Assembly (NCBI RefSeq): GCF_018350175.1
Contig: NC_058368.1
Span: 80,602,001-80,666,000, forward strand
Length of the DNA stretch: 64,000 bases
Source of the DNA: Felis catus
Taxonomy: Eukaryota
Direction: 5' to 3'
In this document: piece after piece, positions 8,531 through 21,385 of the stretch
How the letters are laid out: the number at the start of each line of letters is the position of its first letter
Position numbering within the stretch: the first letter of the stretch is position 1
Notes under the pieces: model-generated
The model's input: only the letters and a program-made list of their open reading frames with translations
What the model was told of the DNA's origin: nothing
Database searches by the model: none
Program-made: the position numbers and the translations under genes

Positions 8531-10711
8531 CAAACCCCCTCGATCTTTAACCAGCTGTGACAGGTCGCACCCTTCGTGACCCTGCAGCATGGCCAGGAGC
8601 CTGAGGCCCTGCGAGATGGGCATCTGCCTACAGTCCAGAGCTTGTGTCAGAGGACTCTGTAGCGTCCTGGCTCACCACGAGACTCCTGCGTGGGGACTGT
8701 CCTTGTGCAGCCCCTGCAGAGAGGCAGGGACAGTGAGCTGGGCCGAGTGTAGGGAGGGGAGGAGTGAGGGTGGTTCATATCGTAAATTTCTGTCACCAGT
8801 CCTGTTAGTCTCAGGCGAGATAAAGTCTCGGGTACAGGCCCAGGCAGCCTGGCCTAGCCGGGTGAGCCGCGTCCCTGGTCCTGGTGATGGGAGGTGGAAC
8901 AGTGAGACCCAGTTTTGGACCTTGGCCCGTGTCCACCTCGCTGTGAGAGACCTGCCATGGGGTGCCGCTTCTGCTACGCAGTCGGAGCAGCACCCTCTCG
9001 GGTGCGCTGAGAGCTGTCCTAGCTTCCCAGGTGCCTTCATCCCCCTGCCTGACGTTGGTAATGGCAGGACTTACTGTGGACCCAGGTTTTGTGTTTTGAA
9101 GGCTCCTGTGGATGGGTGGTGCAGGAGAACATGGGGTGAGGAGCGAGGACGGGTCTCTGCTCCCAGGAAGAGGACTAGGCCACAGGCGGGCACCGGGCCG
9201 CACACTCAGGAGTTTACTGCGCAGCTTGGATCGCAGTTTTCACTGCCGTGTTCTGTCTCTTCAACAAGCCACCAGCTTGGGGACCTGGCCCCTGCTGGGC
9301 CTCTGTGGACAACTGTTGAAACTAGTTTGAGTGTGGCTGGTCGACCAGGCTCACGTGAGACTTGTAGGACCGTGTCTTAACTGGCTGCTCAGCAGGTACT
9401 GGCGCCACTTACCATGTGTGTGCGCATCCTGTGGCTTTTTGCTACTGTGAGAGCGCAGTTCTGCTTCCCTCCCTCCCTCCCTGCTGCCCCTGGCCATCTG
9501 CTCACCTCCCTAGGCTGGGTGGTGGCACTTGGCTTCGTTGGCCGTAGTCTGTTGAGCCAACTCCCTGCAGCCTGGGTGGAGGCAGAAGGCAGAGGATCTT
9601 CAGTAGCACAGCTGGGTCTTTGCGCTTGTGACACGTGGGAGTGGGAGGGGACCCAAGGAGGCCCCTGTGGCCTCGTTTCCCATCTTTGAGCAGACGGAGA
9701 CCCACAGATGTGTGTGGGACACGCGTATGTCCCTGGGAGACTGCCACAAGGGAGTGGTCCGAGCATCCCTCAGGTGTGCCCGGGTGGTGGGCAGGTCCAG
9801 GGTGGCCTTCGAGCCTCTGCAGCCTGCTCCTGACGTCTCCCCAGCTCACTCTCCCCGGACGCTATGGTGCTCTTCTCTCGCTCCTGCTCTGGCCACTGAT
9901 ACCCCCTGCCTAGATTACTGCGGCGGCCCTGTGACGATCCAACTCCTCTCTTGTCCTTCTCCAGGCTGGTTTCCCTCAAATGCAAATCTGACTTCCGTTT
10001 TCCTGACTGATTCTGCTTGGGGTCTTAGGCTGAAATCCAGACTCCTTGGACCTGAGGGGAGAGCAGAGCAGGAGACCAAGGTGCTGTTGGGCCAGATGAC
10101 GTAGGGGGTCTTGGAGATCACCCGAGGATGTTGGGCTGCCCTCTGTGAGTTGGGGCTGCCGGGGCGGACCCGTGAGGTAATGTGACCAGAGTCTGGGGAA
10201 TCATCTTGGCTGCTCTTTGAGGCGTAGACCACAGGGAGTCTAGGGCAAAGGCAAGAAAACCAGAAGAGGAGGTGGCGAAAATCCAGGGAAGAGTTGATGA
10301 CCCTTGACCCGCAGTTAGAATAGTTTATGTGGCAGGAGTTGCATACTTTGGTTTCATGCAAAGCGTAGGGATGATTTTCTCGCGGACCGCAGAGGGGTGT
10401 GAAAACAGAGTCCGAGAGGACGAGGCTCTGGCCTGAGCAGAAACCATGGCCATTGGACGGGGAGTCTGCTGCAGTCCAGTGTGGTGCTCTGTGCCCAACA
10501 TCCTGCAGTAGACCTGTCTGCTTCGCTTTGCCGGCGATCAGCGTGGGTCTGATTGGACACGGGCCGTGATGTCAACTTGGAGCTTGTGCGTGCACGAGCT
10601 CCTTCCACTGCAGGAAGTGCCGCCTTAGACCAACTTCAGGAGGTCTCCTCATGATGCTGGATCAGGTGACCCCACTCCGTGGCTGCGGACAGGGCCGTAT
10701 TCAGTGCGTGC

Positions 10712-10713
<2 letters not shown>

Positions 10714-10759
<46 letters not shown>

Positions 10760-10772
10760 CGCGCGCGTACAC
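10714..10772. repeat. Compound microsatellite (TG)18(CG)4TG(CG)4TACAC
   Basis: Direct reading; 59 bp of unbroken purine/pyrimidine alternation. Confidence 0.95.
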
Positions 10773-11469
10773 TGCTCTTCTCATTGGAGTGTGAACGTGG
10801 AGGGCAGCATCCATGCACTGGGTCGTCTTGTACTTCTGTCCCCCGTGCTGTCATGTAGTAGGCTCTCGCTGAAACTGTTGAATGCCCAAGACTAAGGAGG
10901 AAGGGTAGGAGAAGTCCTAGAATTGAATTCATCAGTGTTCAGCTTTAAGCACTTAAAGTGATGGCTGGCCCCATCTTCTCTAGCTCCTGTCACACTGGTC
11001 TGGTGGGCCACTTGGACATGCTTCCTTGGAATGATGGCTGGTGCTTCTGCAGGAAGCCTGGTCTCAGCCATGGCAAGCTGCTGGAGAGGTGTCTGTGTGC
11101 AGGACTGTGATCACGTGTAGCACCGATGAATTTAGGACGGCTCAGTTGTGCTTTGAGGGTGGACTTCCTCTCCTCTTAGGCCAGACCTCAACACGGGGAC
11201 TGATGAATTGGGCTTGTATGAAGGTAGACTGCCAGAAAACTTGTGGGAATGTTCAAGAACAATAGAGGATGTCCGGGCCTTTGGGACTCGTTTTCCTTCT
11301 CTGTGAGATCTAGGTTTCAAGAGCATCCCTAGGTCTTGGGACCTGTCTGTGTGGTCCTCTGAGAGGCAGAGGATGGGATACTGTAATATTTCTACATCAG
11401 TTTATCGTGTTGATAATGTTTGCTTGTTGCTCTCAAAAGGCACTTGTTTTTAAAACGCTGGTGGTTTCA

Positions 11470-11652
11470 GGACGCCTGGGTGGCTCAGTTGGGCGTCCGA
11501 CTTCAGCTCAGATCATGATCTCCTGGTTCGTGGGTTTGAGCACCGTATTGGGCTCACTGCTGTCAGGGTGGAGCCTGCTTCGGATCCTCTGTCTTCCTCT
11601 CTCTGCCCCTCCTCTGCAGTCTCACTGTCTTTCTAACAAACATGAAAAAAAT
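11470..11652 (+). mobile_element. CAN-SINE, diverged
   Basis: ggacgcctgggtggctcagttgggcgtccgacttcagctcagatcatgatc… ending in an A-rich tail. Confidence 0.9.
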
Positions 11653-12364
11653 CTTTAAAATTCTAGCTGTTTTGTCCTTTCATAGCTGTCCGGTTTTGTC
11701 AGAGCTTCTTCTCGGAGCTTTTTCATGCTTTGAAGAAACTTTTAAGGTGCTTCTGTAAGAAGGGTAGCCTGGAGATTTTCCAGACATGTGGCCAGGCCAG
11801 TTCAGACATGGTGCTTTTGAAATGAGGCCCTGCTTGGTTGAGTAGGACCTGCAGGATCATGGCACAGCATTAGATGGCCTGTTCCCTTTCACTTGGTGAC
11901 TTCACTTGGTCTGAAGACTGGTTCCAATCTGTAGAGTACCGTTCGTTACCTGCATCCTTGGGATATGTATCGCAGACACTGTGTTGTGTGCCACGACGTT
12001 CTGTTGCTGGCCCAGTTCTAGGCTGCAAGAACCCACTGCTGACCGTCCTAAGCTGAGGGGAGAATTGGTCCTAGAAGTTACTTCTGGTAGCCTTCTGGTT
12101 ATGTTTTCCAGAACAGGAAATGCTGCTTATATAAGTTTTTAAAAAATAGGTTATGTTTTTTTCATGGTCAGTAAAACTAATTTGTTAATTATAGTCTTCT
12201 GTGTTACACTAAATCCATCAAATGAAGTGAGACATTCCTGTTTCTGCCAAAGGGAGAGATCATTTGAGCCCATAGGTCTCTTACAGAAGTTTTGGTTTCA
12301 GTGAGTACATAGCTGTTCAGTAAAATTGATCTCTGGTTCTTGCACTTTGTGAGACAGTGTAGCA

Positions 12365-12960
12365 TGTTGGTTTTCTCTTGCTGGGAAACCAGTTACCACA
12401 GATGGAGTGGCTGAAGACAACGCTGTTTACCACCTCTGTTCAGCATTGAGGCTACTGGTCTGGGGAGCTTGGCAGGGCTCTGTGCTCAGGGTCTCACGGA
12501 CCGGGTGGTGGATGACGGGGCTCTTAGCGGGGACCTCGAGAGGGATCGTCGGTTTCCAAACTCCTGAGGTGGTTGGCAGAATTCACTTCTTAGTGGTTGG
12601 GACCGAAGGCCCGGTTTCCTGGTGCCATTGGCTGGGTGTTGCTCTTTGGTCCTGGGGCCGCTCCGGTCCTAGCCGTGGGCCTTTGTCTTCAAAGTGGCAT
12701 CAGTTCACCTGTGTCCGGTCTTGCTGCACACATACCTCTGACTTACCCTGCTCCGATGGCAGGAAGCTGCTGGCAAAGGGCTAGATCGCACCCATCTAGC
12801 CAGTCTCCCTTTGACTTCGCTCAGGGTCAACCCTGAGGGACCTCTGCAAAACCCTGTCTGCTGTGGCTTGTAACAGCACGCCTGCAATGCCGTCGTGTCA
12901 CGTTCTGAGCCCTGAGCGGATCGAGAACAGGACTGTGGTATCTGGCGAGCAGGGTGTAAT
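12365..12960 (-). mobile_element. Old MLT1-type (MaLR) solo LTR, approximate limits
   Basis: Degenerate MLT1-like motifs (…ttaccacagatggagtggctgaagacaac…, ctgtgctcagggtctcac, gttggcagaattcacttctt…). Recognition only. Confidence 0.55.
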
Positions 12961-14704
12961 CCTGGTGCTGCACCGATAGTGGTGGCCCCAGCCTCCTTTC
13001 CCACCTTTAACCGAGCTGGACGAAACAAACCGGGGGAGAAGGGACCAGCAGCCCCCGACCCCAGTTGTGCTCAGGGTTAATTGAAGTGGTGTGCCGGGGG
13101 TGACTGAGCGTCCTCTCTCAGTGCTGGGGGCTCTTTGTGCTGATGTACACACGATAGGGACGGGCACTGGCACCGGGTGGGGGGGGGGGGCATGAGGACC
13201 GAAGGCGGCAGGAAGATGGTCGTGCCTCTGGGACGGAAGAGCAGGTCTCGGCGTGGCAGGACGGTGGGGGCTTAGTCCTGTAACGTTGTAGCCTCCAGCA
13301 CTCCTGGTAAGGTCCCCGGTTTTCTGACTGAGCCGACGCGCTTGTGCTCTGCATGGTTGGCTCCTTCTGCAGTCAGGTATGTCCATGTCGCTTGTGCCAC
13401 AGCCCGGACCCAGGTGGGCCCGCTCCTCCCCGGGAGGCCCAGCCAGGCGTGCAGTGGTAACTGGTTGTCGTGCGAGGGCGCCCGTTCCAGTCTAGAGGAA
13501 GGAGTGTGGAGGAAGCCAGGGGCATGTTGTCAGCTTGCGTCTGGCCGCCCTCTACCCATGGCAGGCTCGTACACAGCCTGATTTGCTCTCCGTTCCTTGA
13601 TCCTCATGTGCTGTTGCCCCGGGGGGTGGCCCGGGGGCCTCTGGCCTGACCGTGGCACTGCCCTGCTGAAACCACCCCTGTACACGCCCCCCCTTACTCA
13701 GATGGTCACGTTCAGGAGCTTTATTGTATGGGTGGGACTTCTTGTGACTTGACCCTTGTCCACTTCTGTCCTTGCCCCTGCTCTTGGACTTCCTGTCCCA
13801 GGCATGTCAAGTTCCTGGAGATGTCCAGAGTACTACGCTCATCAAAGTAGTAGTGTGAGTACTATGCTCACAAAGTGTGTGTGCCATGCTAGGTGCTGTG
13901 CGAGTGGCTTCACATGTTACGTTGAAACCTTGTGATGACTCCCTTGAGCTGAGACCCTGAGCTGGAGAGGTTGAGGAACACGGCCACAGTCACTCGGCTA
14001 TGAGTGTTGGGGCCAGGTTCAAGCAGGGTGTCCCTGGAGGGGGTCCTTCCTGTGCCCCATCCTGTCTGTGCTCGGAGCCCCCCGTGGCCTCTGCCCCCCA
14101 TCTGCATGTCTCCTCCACCAACCCGGTCCCTGCCGTTTCCCTCTGTGGCACCTTCAACGCCGTGTCCTTGCTCGGACTGTGGACTCCTCGGCCTGCTTCT
14201 AAGCTTGAGTTTTTGGTGTCTGTCACTTACTAGGCACGGAGTAGATGTTGGTTGACTTGGTAAAAACACCCGAGGTGCCCTCGCTAGCCTGCTGGTGAAG
14301 GGGCTTGGCATGTCTGTAGAGCCCCGTCTGGTGTCTCTGCTTGCCCTTCTCCCCGCCCCTGTTCACACCTTCACTGTTCCTTCCGGTCACTCCTTCAATT
14401 TTTGTTTTCTTCCCTTCAGGGTCTGGCTTCCCTGAAGGACTTGTGGCTGAGGTGTAACTGAACAGGGAGTCCCCTTTTCTCCGTCAGCAGTGGCTGCCGG
14501 TCCTGATGGTGAGGGTCGGCCCGAGGGGCCAAGTGGCCAGCTGTGCGTGCACCGGAGCCTCTGGTGGAGCACAGTAGGGGCTGCCTGGGGACCCGGTGGC
14601 TCTGCTCTTCAGGGGAGGCTCTTAGGCATATCGACCACACAGACTTCTAGAATCAGAAAGGACCTGGAGCTGGGGTGCCAGCTGGGGCCAGGAGAACACG
14701 ATGT

Positions 14705-14886
14705 GTGTGGCTCAGTCGGTTGAGTGTTTCCGACTCTTGATTTTGGCTCAGGTCATGATCCCGCGGTGATGAGATCCAGCCCTGTGTTAGGCTCCGAGTG
14801 GAGTGTGGAGCCTGCTAGGGATTCTCTCTCTCCCTCTGTCCCTTCCCGTCTGTTTGTCTCTCTCACTTAAGGAAAAAAGAAAAAAG
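14705..14886 (+). mobile_element. Older carnivore SINEC
   Basis: gtggctcagtcggttgagtg…ctcttgattttggctcaggtcatgatc…gagcctgctagggattctctctc… plus an A-rich tail. Confidence 0.85.
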
Positions 14887-17800
14887 GGCTTGAAACTGGT
14901 TAGAAACTTGTATTGGGTGAGCATGTGTAGCTGTGCTTTGAGGAGCTGTGCAGGTGTCCTGTGGAGAGCAGCAGACCAGCGCTAGAGCCCTGTGTGGGGT
15001 CCAGACTGGTCTCTGGGTCTCTGCCCCCTATGTGGAGATAGGAATTGTCCTCAGCCCCTCACTGGGGAGACCCTAGGAGGGTGCAGGAAAGGGTGGGCAG
15101 GTGCGTATTGAAGAAACCCACGTAACTCGTGACCTTTTGTTCCCTAATCTAAAAAGGGCCCAGATTCCTGTTGCAGGCTGGTCCTCGTCCTTGGGTGACT
15201 TTGGAGACGGGTCAGGTAGAGGCACTCATGGAGCGGAGGCGGGTTGGGTTGGACATGCGTTCTGGATGCGTGTGGCGTGTAGGCAGGGCTGTGCCAGCTG
15301 AGGAGGGGGGCAGGCCTGCCCCGTGCTGGGACCCCCAGCCTGTGGTGTGCTTGCATCTGTCCCTTTAGGTGCCGGACGGGGGGGGGAGGGAGGGGGGCGG
15401 CTTGTGTGGGCCAGCCTGGCCGACCGCATGCCTGGCCGGGGGTCGCTGGCAAGGCTTTCCCCCAGCGTCCGGTGCACCCTCATGGCCTCGCGCAGTGGGG
15501 AAAGGGTTTCTGGGTAGGAGCCCTGTATTCTCCTGAACAGCACTAGGCTGCACGTGTGTTCTTTCTGCTTTGCGGTTGAATAGGATGGTCAGTGTTGGCC
15601 AGTTGAAAGGGAAGTGCTTTATCGAAGGACTATCTTTTATTCTCCAGTAAGGCCTCTTGGTTAAAAATGTCAAGACTGATGAGTGGGAGCGGCATGAATC
15701 TAGAGCTTGAGCATGTACGGTCTGCAGAATCCTGAGTGCTCTCTTTGCCCAGAAAAGATGCTGGTCACTTAGCGTGGTGCCTTCCCACTCTGTCCTTTTT
15801 CCCACCTTGTTTGAGGCTTCTCAGGATGCCTTAGTCCTCACTTCTCTACTTGGGCTTTAAAAACCAGCAGAATCCCCGCTGGCCGCCTGGGAAGGGGAGA
15901 CCTTTTCCTGGCAGGTAGTTGTCCGAAGCAGTTTGCGTCCCCGAGGAGTTCCTGTAGGTCCTGGGAACCGGCGAGAGGGCCAGTTCCCAGTGAGTGATGA
16001 CCAAGCAAAACAAAGTCCGAGGCCTCTCAGACCACATTTGGATGTGAAATCTGCCCTTCGTATGTTTTTGTAAAAAATAGTTTTCTAACCGGAATATGTA
16101 TTTCCAATCTATTTTATATTAGTCTGCATTGGGTGTTTTCTCGGCTAGTTGAGGGAAACTCACTGGTCTGTACTTGAAGTGCTAGGACAGGACATGCTGT
16201 GGCTCTTCCCACCTTCCTCCAGGCTGAGGGGGGTGCGTCCCCTTCAGGGAGGACTTGTAGGTTAGAACGGATGGGGTCCCCTTGGGTTGCAGAGTTGTGG
16301 AGCTTTTAAAACATTCCAGAGTCCCCCTGGAGAGCCTGACTTAATTAGTTGGCTTTTAAAGCTGACCCAGTTGGGTCCCTCAAATTAGGGTATGGTGAGG
16401 TGGGGAGAATTGTGGCAGTTGCCCTCAAACTTACAGAAAGGCCAAGGATCCTGCCCAGCTTAGGACAGGCACAGGGAAGTGTACTTTCCTCAGGCCTCCT
16501 TCTGGCAGAAGCAGCCAGTCGGCTGAGCTGGGGCGGGCGTTTTTGAGGCAGTGACTGAGATCCTGAAGTGACACGGGGCTGATCTGGTCTGTGGATGGTG
16601 AGGGAATGCTTTCATTTTCTACTTAAAAGATGCTGGGGGTAGTGTTGGGGAGCTCAAACAAACCTCCTGACTTGCCTCTTGCCCTTTTCTTGGAAAAACC
16701 TAAGCTAACACATTAGAAGGTAGTGTGACGTCCTGTGCCGTCACTTAGGTCACCATACAGACACTTCGCCGCCTGGCTCTGAGTGTTCACGTATTCTCTA
16801 GCCACTTAAACCACGTGGTAGGCCTCCACATGCCTGCCTCTGAACACCCCGTATGTACGTCTTTAAGATGAGAATATTCTTCCTTAGTTTCCCCACACCG
16901 TTCTTCTACCTTTCACGTTTATTAGGACTCTTATGTTTTTGGGGAGTCCAGCGTTGTTAACCCCGTAGAGTCTGGTTCAGGTTGGACATTTTAGGTAAGA
17001 ATTCTACACGCTGATGATCTATATTTCCATGGGTCCTATCAGAAGTGCTTCATGTTGACACTTCATACCGCTGGCACTGCATTCCATCCCTTGGCTAAGG
17101 TGACATCCGCCAGGTCTCTGCATTGTAAAGGTGGTCTTTGTCTTTGTGCTTAGTACATAATCTGTGGGGTGGTGCCCCACAGCCTTTCATCTGATGCACC
17201 TAGCATCCTGTGATGACCCTTCCTGAATTGATTGGTGTCGTGGTGGTAGCTGCGTGGTACTGGGGCCTTCTGGTGCACACTGCCTTTGAGATCTTGGTTC
17301 TGGGCAAGGACGTTTGGTGGTGGTGTTTGGCTTGTAAGTTAGAAAGTTGTGTGTATTTTGGCTGGTGGAAGAGCTTACCTGTGCTTTCAAGAATCTGTGT
17401 GAAGGTCATACGGTGTCCTTTGTGAACCTGGCCATTCACTTCTGAGCTCTGTTTACCTTTTGTGCCAGCTTTCCATTGTCCATCCAGCAAATATTAGTCC
17501 CCGACTCTTGCTGACGCCGGGAGCTGCATTTCATCCACGTGGGCCTCAGGAGCGTATAGGAAAAAGTTAAGAGGAAGGAAGGAGTACAGATACAACATTT
17601 GTATATGAGGAGAAATGGTAGAAATGCAGAGAGATGGAAATAAGTTCTTAGAGTTGCGTACCAGCGGCTTTGTAGCAATACTGACTACTTGCCGTGTGGC
17701 CCCTCAGTGCCGAGTCAGCCACAAGGCGGTGCTGTGAGGGGGGCGCGGGGAGCCCCGGTCCAGGGAAGGGAGACCAAGATGGGGAGTGGGTCCACGAGAT

Positions 17801-19832
17801 GCCCGGTGTCTAATGTTTACCAAGGGGCAGTGCTGGTGTTTGACTCCAGGTTTAGGGAGAGTCCATACCTTGTAAGTTTAGAATAACCGGTCTGCTGCAG
17901 CAAGGGCACTAGGTCAGTGCAGTTAGTTGGACGCCCCATGAAAGGGAAGAGGAGAGGTGCATTTTGAGGTGCGGTGCGATGCGGTGTCTTGTTGGTAAAT
18001 GTGTTCACGTAGAGACCAGCAGCCTGTACCATGCAGCTGAGGGGATTTACATGTGACTTAGCAAGTTTACCTGCAGAATCTTTGTGTTCTGTGTGTCCCC
18101 CATCATGATGGGTGTGACACGTAATTCCCTGAAGCCTTTCAGCGTAGTGAAGGATTTATAACCTAGGAAGGACTTTGAACCAGTGATCATTAGCAACTTT
18201 ATTTAAAGCTTGAGTAAATGCTGTCCTAGCTGCATTTGCTAATTCTTTCAGTGTGAGGTTATTAAATTGCATGTTTATTATGTGGGTTTTGTGTTTGTAT
18301 ACTGGTTGTAATGTAAAACAAAGTGTGTGTGTCTGTTCTGGATCATCATCGGGAGTCTCACGGCCATCAGTCAGATGTCCTATTTTGAGGACCAGGCAAG
18401 GCTGCTTAGGGGCTGGGAAGCAGGTGTGGAGGTTTCACAACTGCCCCGGCTCTGACCTGTCTTCACCCTGACGAGACCTGGAAACTTCCCATCTTCTGAG
18501 ATGAAACTTAACGTCTTCAGGGTGTCTTTGAGCATCTCGTTGGGCTCATAATGGGGTAGCAGGGAACGTCCCGTGATGGGGCAGCATTCCCTGGGAGCCT
18601 GCCATAACACCTCTGGGGTAGACGGGGATCCTTTGACCATTTATTGGATAGGACAGGTTCAAAGATCTTGAAGAGCAAGTTTGTATTTCATTGCAAGTGG
18701 AGAATGGGAAAGTGTTTCTCCAGGTGGTGGTCAGTCTGCACACAGTTGATGAGGACCTTCTGGAACCCTGCTTTGCCCTGGGGAAAAGTATCCATGCACA
18801 ACATGTGTCTCTGGAGCCTCAGCCATGTGTGGCAAGTAGGGTGGAAGCATGCAGGTGGGATCCAGGGCTGAGGCTGGAGTCCTGCTGGAGTGGAGCACAT
18901 GGGGTTGGGGTGCGGAGAGAGACGCTTCACGTGGCCAGACTTGAGAAGGTGAGTGGGCGGATACCTGGGTGGGTAAAGCCAGCAGCTCCCTGGTTAGCCT
19001 TGGTTGAGCTGAACCAACAAAACATCGTGGATTTGATGAGCTGTCCCGAATAGGAATTGAAAGAGAATCTGAATTGTGGCATTTGGGGTTTTCCTTCCTT
19101 GGGATATGTCATACCCTTGAACTTGAGGGGAACGTTTCAGTGTGGAAGATTATAATAGGCACAGACAGGTACCCAAGCATTTTAGCATTTTTGGAAAGCT
19201 GCTGCTTTTGGTGGTGGTTGCTTTTGTTTGTTTGTTTTTTAAGCAGATCGGCCCAGCCCTCAGGACTCTCAGCATAGCCCTGCCAAGGTTAGACCTGAGA
19301 CCAGGAGGCTGTAGACTGCTCTAGGGAGGCATTGTGCCAGCAGTCACGTTGTAGTCCTGTTATGTCATTGTGTGCCTGCTAACAGGCTCTGTTAAATGTA
19401 CGTACCTTGAAATAACACTGACCTGAACGTCTGTCTGGGCATGTGGACGGCATCTATTCAAGTCTCCTGTCAGGTACCAAGTACTGTCTGTCTTCTCTGC
19501 TCACTCAAAACTGGAACTGCTTGTCTACTGAGAGTTCTGTCTGTACAGGGTTGAGCAGTTTGAAGAGTACTTTCTCAGTTTGTCGTGATAGCTAATTGTC
19601 ACGAAGACCTTTGGATTTTCACCTTTAAAAGTCCTGATCCGCTTCTGTGGTCCCACCGTGGCTCCCTTCCTTTGGATCCCTGAGAATGGGATGGATTTAG
19701 TGTGCTTGTCCTGCCTCCCAGCTCCTTGAAACATCTCTGTATCTTGGTTTTCACTAATTGCATTGTCTAGTAATTCTTAGTTTTTCAGTACTTTTACACA
19801 TTTAAATGCTGTACCAGAAACGTGTATTTCTT

Positions 19833-20048
19833 TTTTTTTTTTTCTTTTAAACAGTTTATTCATTTTGAGAGGGAGAGACAGAATGCGAGTGTGGAAGGGG
19901 TAGAGAGAGGGAGACACAGAATCCGAAGCAGGCTCCAGGCTCTGAGCTGTCAGCACAGAGCCCAACGCGGGGCTCGATCCCATGGACCGTGAGATCATGT
20001 CCCGAGCTGAAGTTGGACACTTAACCAACTGAGCCACCCAGGTGCCCC
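19833..20048 (-). mobile_element. Feline CAN-SINE
   Basis: Full SINEC body; TSD agaaac(g/c)tgtatttctt on both sides. Confidence 0.95.
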
Positions 20049-20301
20049 AAGAAACCTGTATTTCTTGATCTTTCCTCTTGGAGCTCACCCCTGTGTGGAA
20101 GAGGAGGAACCCACAGTGTGACCTCATGGACTCACAGCAGACTGAATGAGGGGCACTTTGTTATGGCCGTGAGTGGTGGGATTGGCCATGTTCCCCCTCG
20201 GTATTTGGTGGGCAGGGCTAGTGTCTAGAAATTTCCTTTTTGCTGTGCTGCCCCTTTCTTGGTGCTCCAGCCAGAGAGGGCAAGCTTTTTCTGGGGCTGT
20301 T

Positions 20302-20336
<35 letters not shown>

Positions 20337-21154
20337 GGTGCATCTGGGTTGCATCTGAAGCAAAACAAAACAAAAACCCCCACAGAACCCAGACAACCCT
20401 CTGCTGTGCTTCTTGGGCCCTGAGGCCTGTAGCCAGGCTGCTGCTCCCGGTCTGAGTTCTGTTCGCCTCTGTTCTGTATGTAATGTCCAGGGCTTTTAAA
20501 AAGCTGGACTTTGCGGTTCCTGTAATATGAATAAAGGCCCCATAGCTGACATGAATGTACAGCTGTGTAGGTGAGACAAGAGGGGCCCTGTAAGGGGCGA
20601 GGCTGGGAACAGGTGTGGGAAATCTGGGGGGAAGGGTCTGGATGCTCTCCCTGAGCAGGGTAGAGGGATGAGCCTTCTCTCTACCCCAGTTCCCGTGTCT
20701 CACTCCAGCTAGAGGGCGGCCCCGGCTTGAAGTTTATGGTGGGGCTCTTAGGGTATTTCATTTTAGGTAGAATTGTCTCCTTTTTTGTCTTCTGTGTCTG
20801 TTAGTGGGTCCAGTAGTACCTGGACTTAGTGACTTGTTAGGGATCTGGTGTAGGCAGCCAGCTTTCCTTACGGGGCAGAGGTCTGAGTGCTTGGCCTCCT
20901 CCTGGAGAAGTGCTGCTTCCTGTCCTCCTGCTGGAGCAGTCACCGAGGTGCTCCTGGGTCCCCTTAGAAGTATGGCCCATTCTTTCCTGTGCTGTGGAAT
21001 CCCCTGAGGCCTTGCTTAGATTGCTCATGGCCCCTGCCCCCTGCCCCATTTAGCGCTGCAGTAAATTCCTTCTTTATTACTTAAAGCCTCTTTTGTCATT
21101 TTCAGTGGAACTTTGGGAGAGATGAGAGGTAGTTCACATTTGCACTTTCCCAGC

Positions 21155-21385
21155 TTTTTTTTTTTTTAATATATATTTTTTAACGTCTGTTTATCTTTGA
21201 GAGAGAGAGACACACAGAGTGTGAGCAGCGGAGGGGCAGAGAGAGAGGGAGACACGGAATCCGAAGCAGGCTCCAGGCTCTGAGCTGTCAGCATAGAGCC
21301 TGATGCGGGGCTCAAACTCATGAGCTGTGGGATCATGACCTGAGCTGAAGTCGGATGCTTAACCGACTGAGCCACCCAGGCACCC
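21155..21385 (-). mobile_element. Feline CAN-SINE
   Basis: Full SINEC body; ttgcacttt flanks both ends. Confidence 0.95.

Noticed and set aside
8589..9380. 263-aa + strand ORF
   Set aside because: No recognisable domain; composition typical of GC-rich intron; similar overlapping ORFs occur in other frames.
13828..13876. Two imperfect copies of gagtacta(c/t)gctca(t)caaagt
   Set aside because: Simple local tandem duplication; two units only, with no supporting structure.
20308..20336. Long poly-T run
   Set aside because: No attached retrocopy or SINE body recognisable; treated as a simple repeat.
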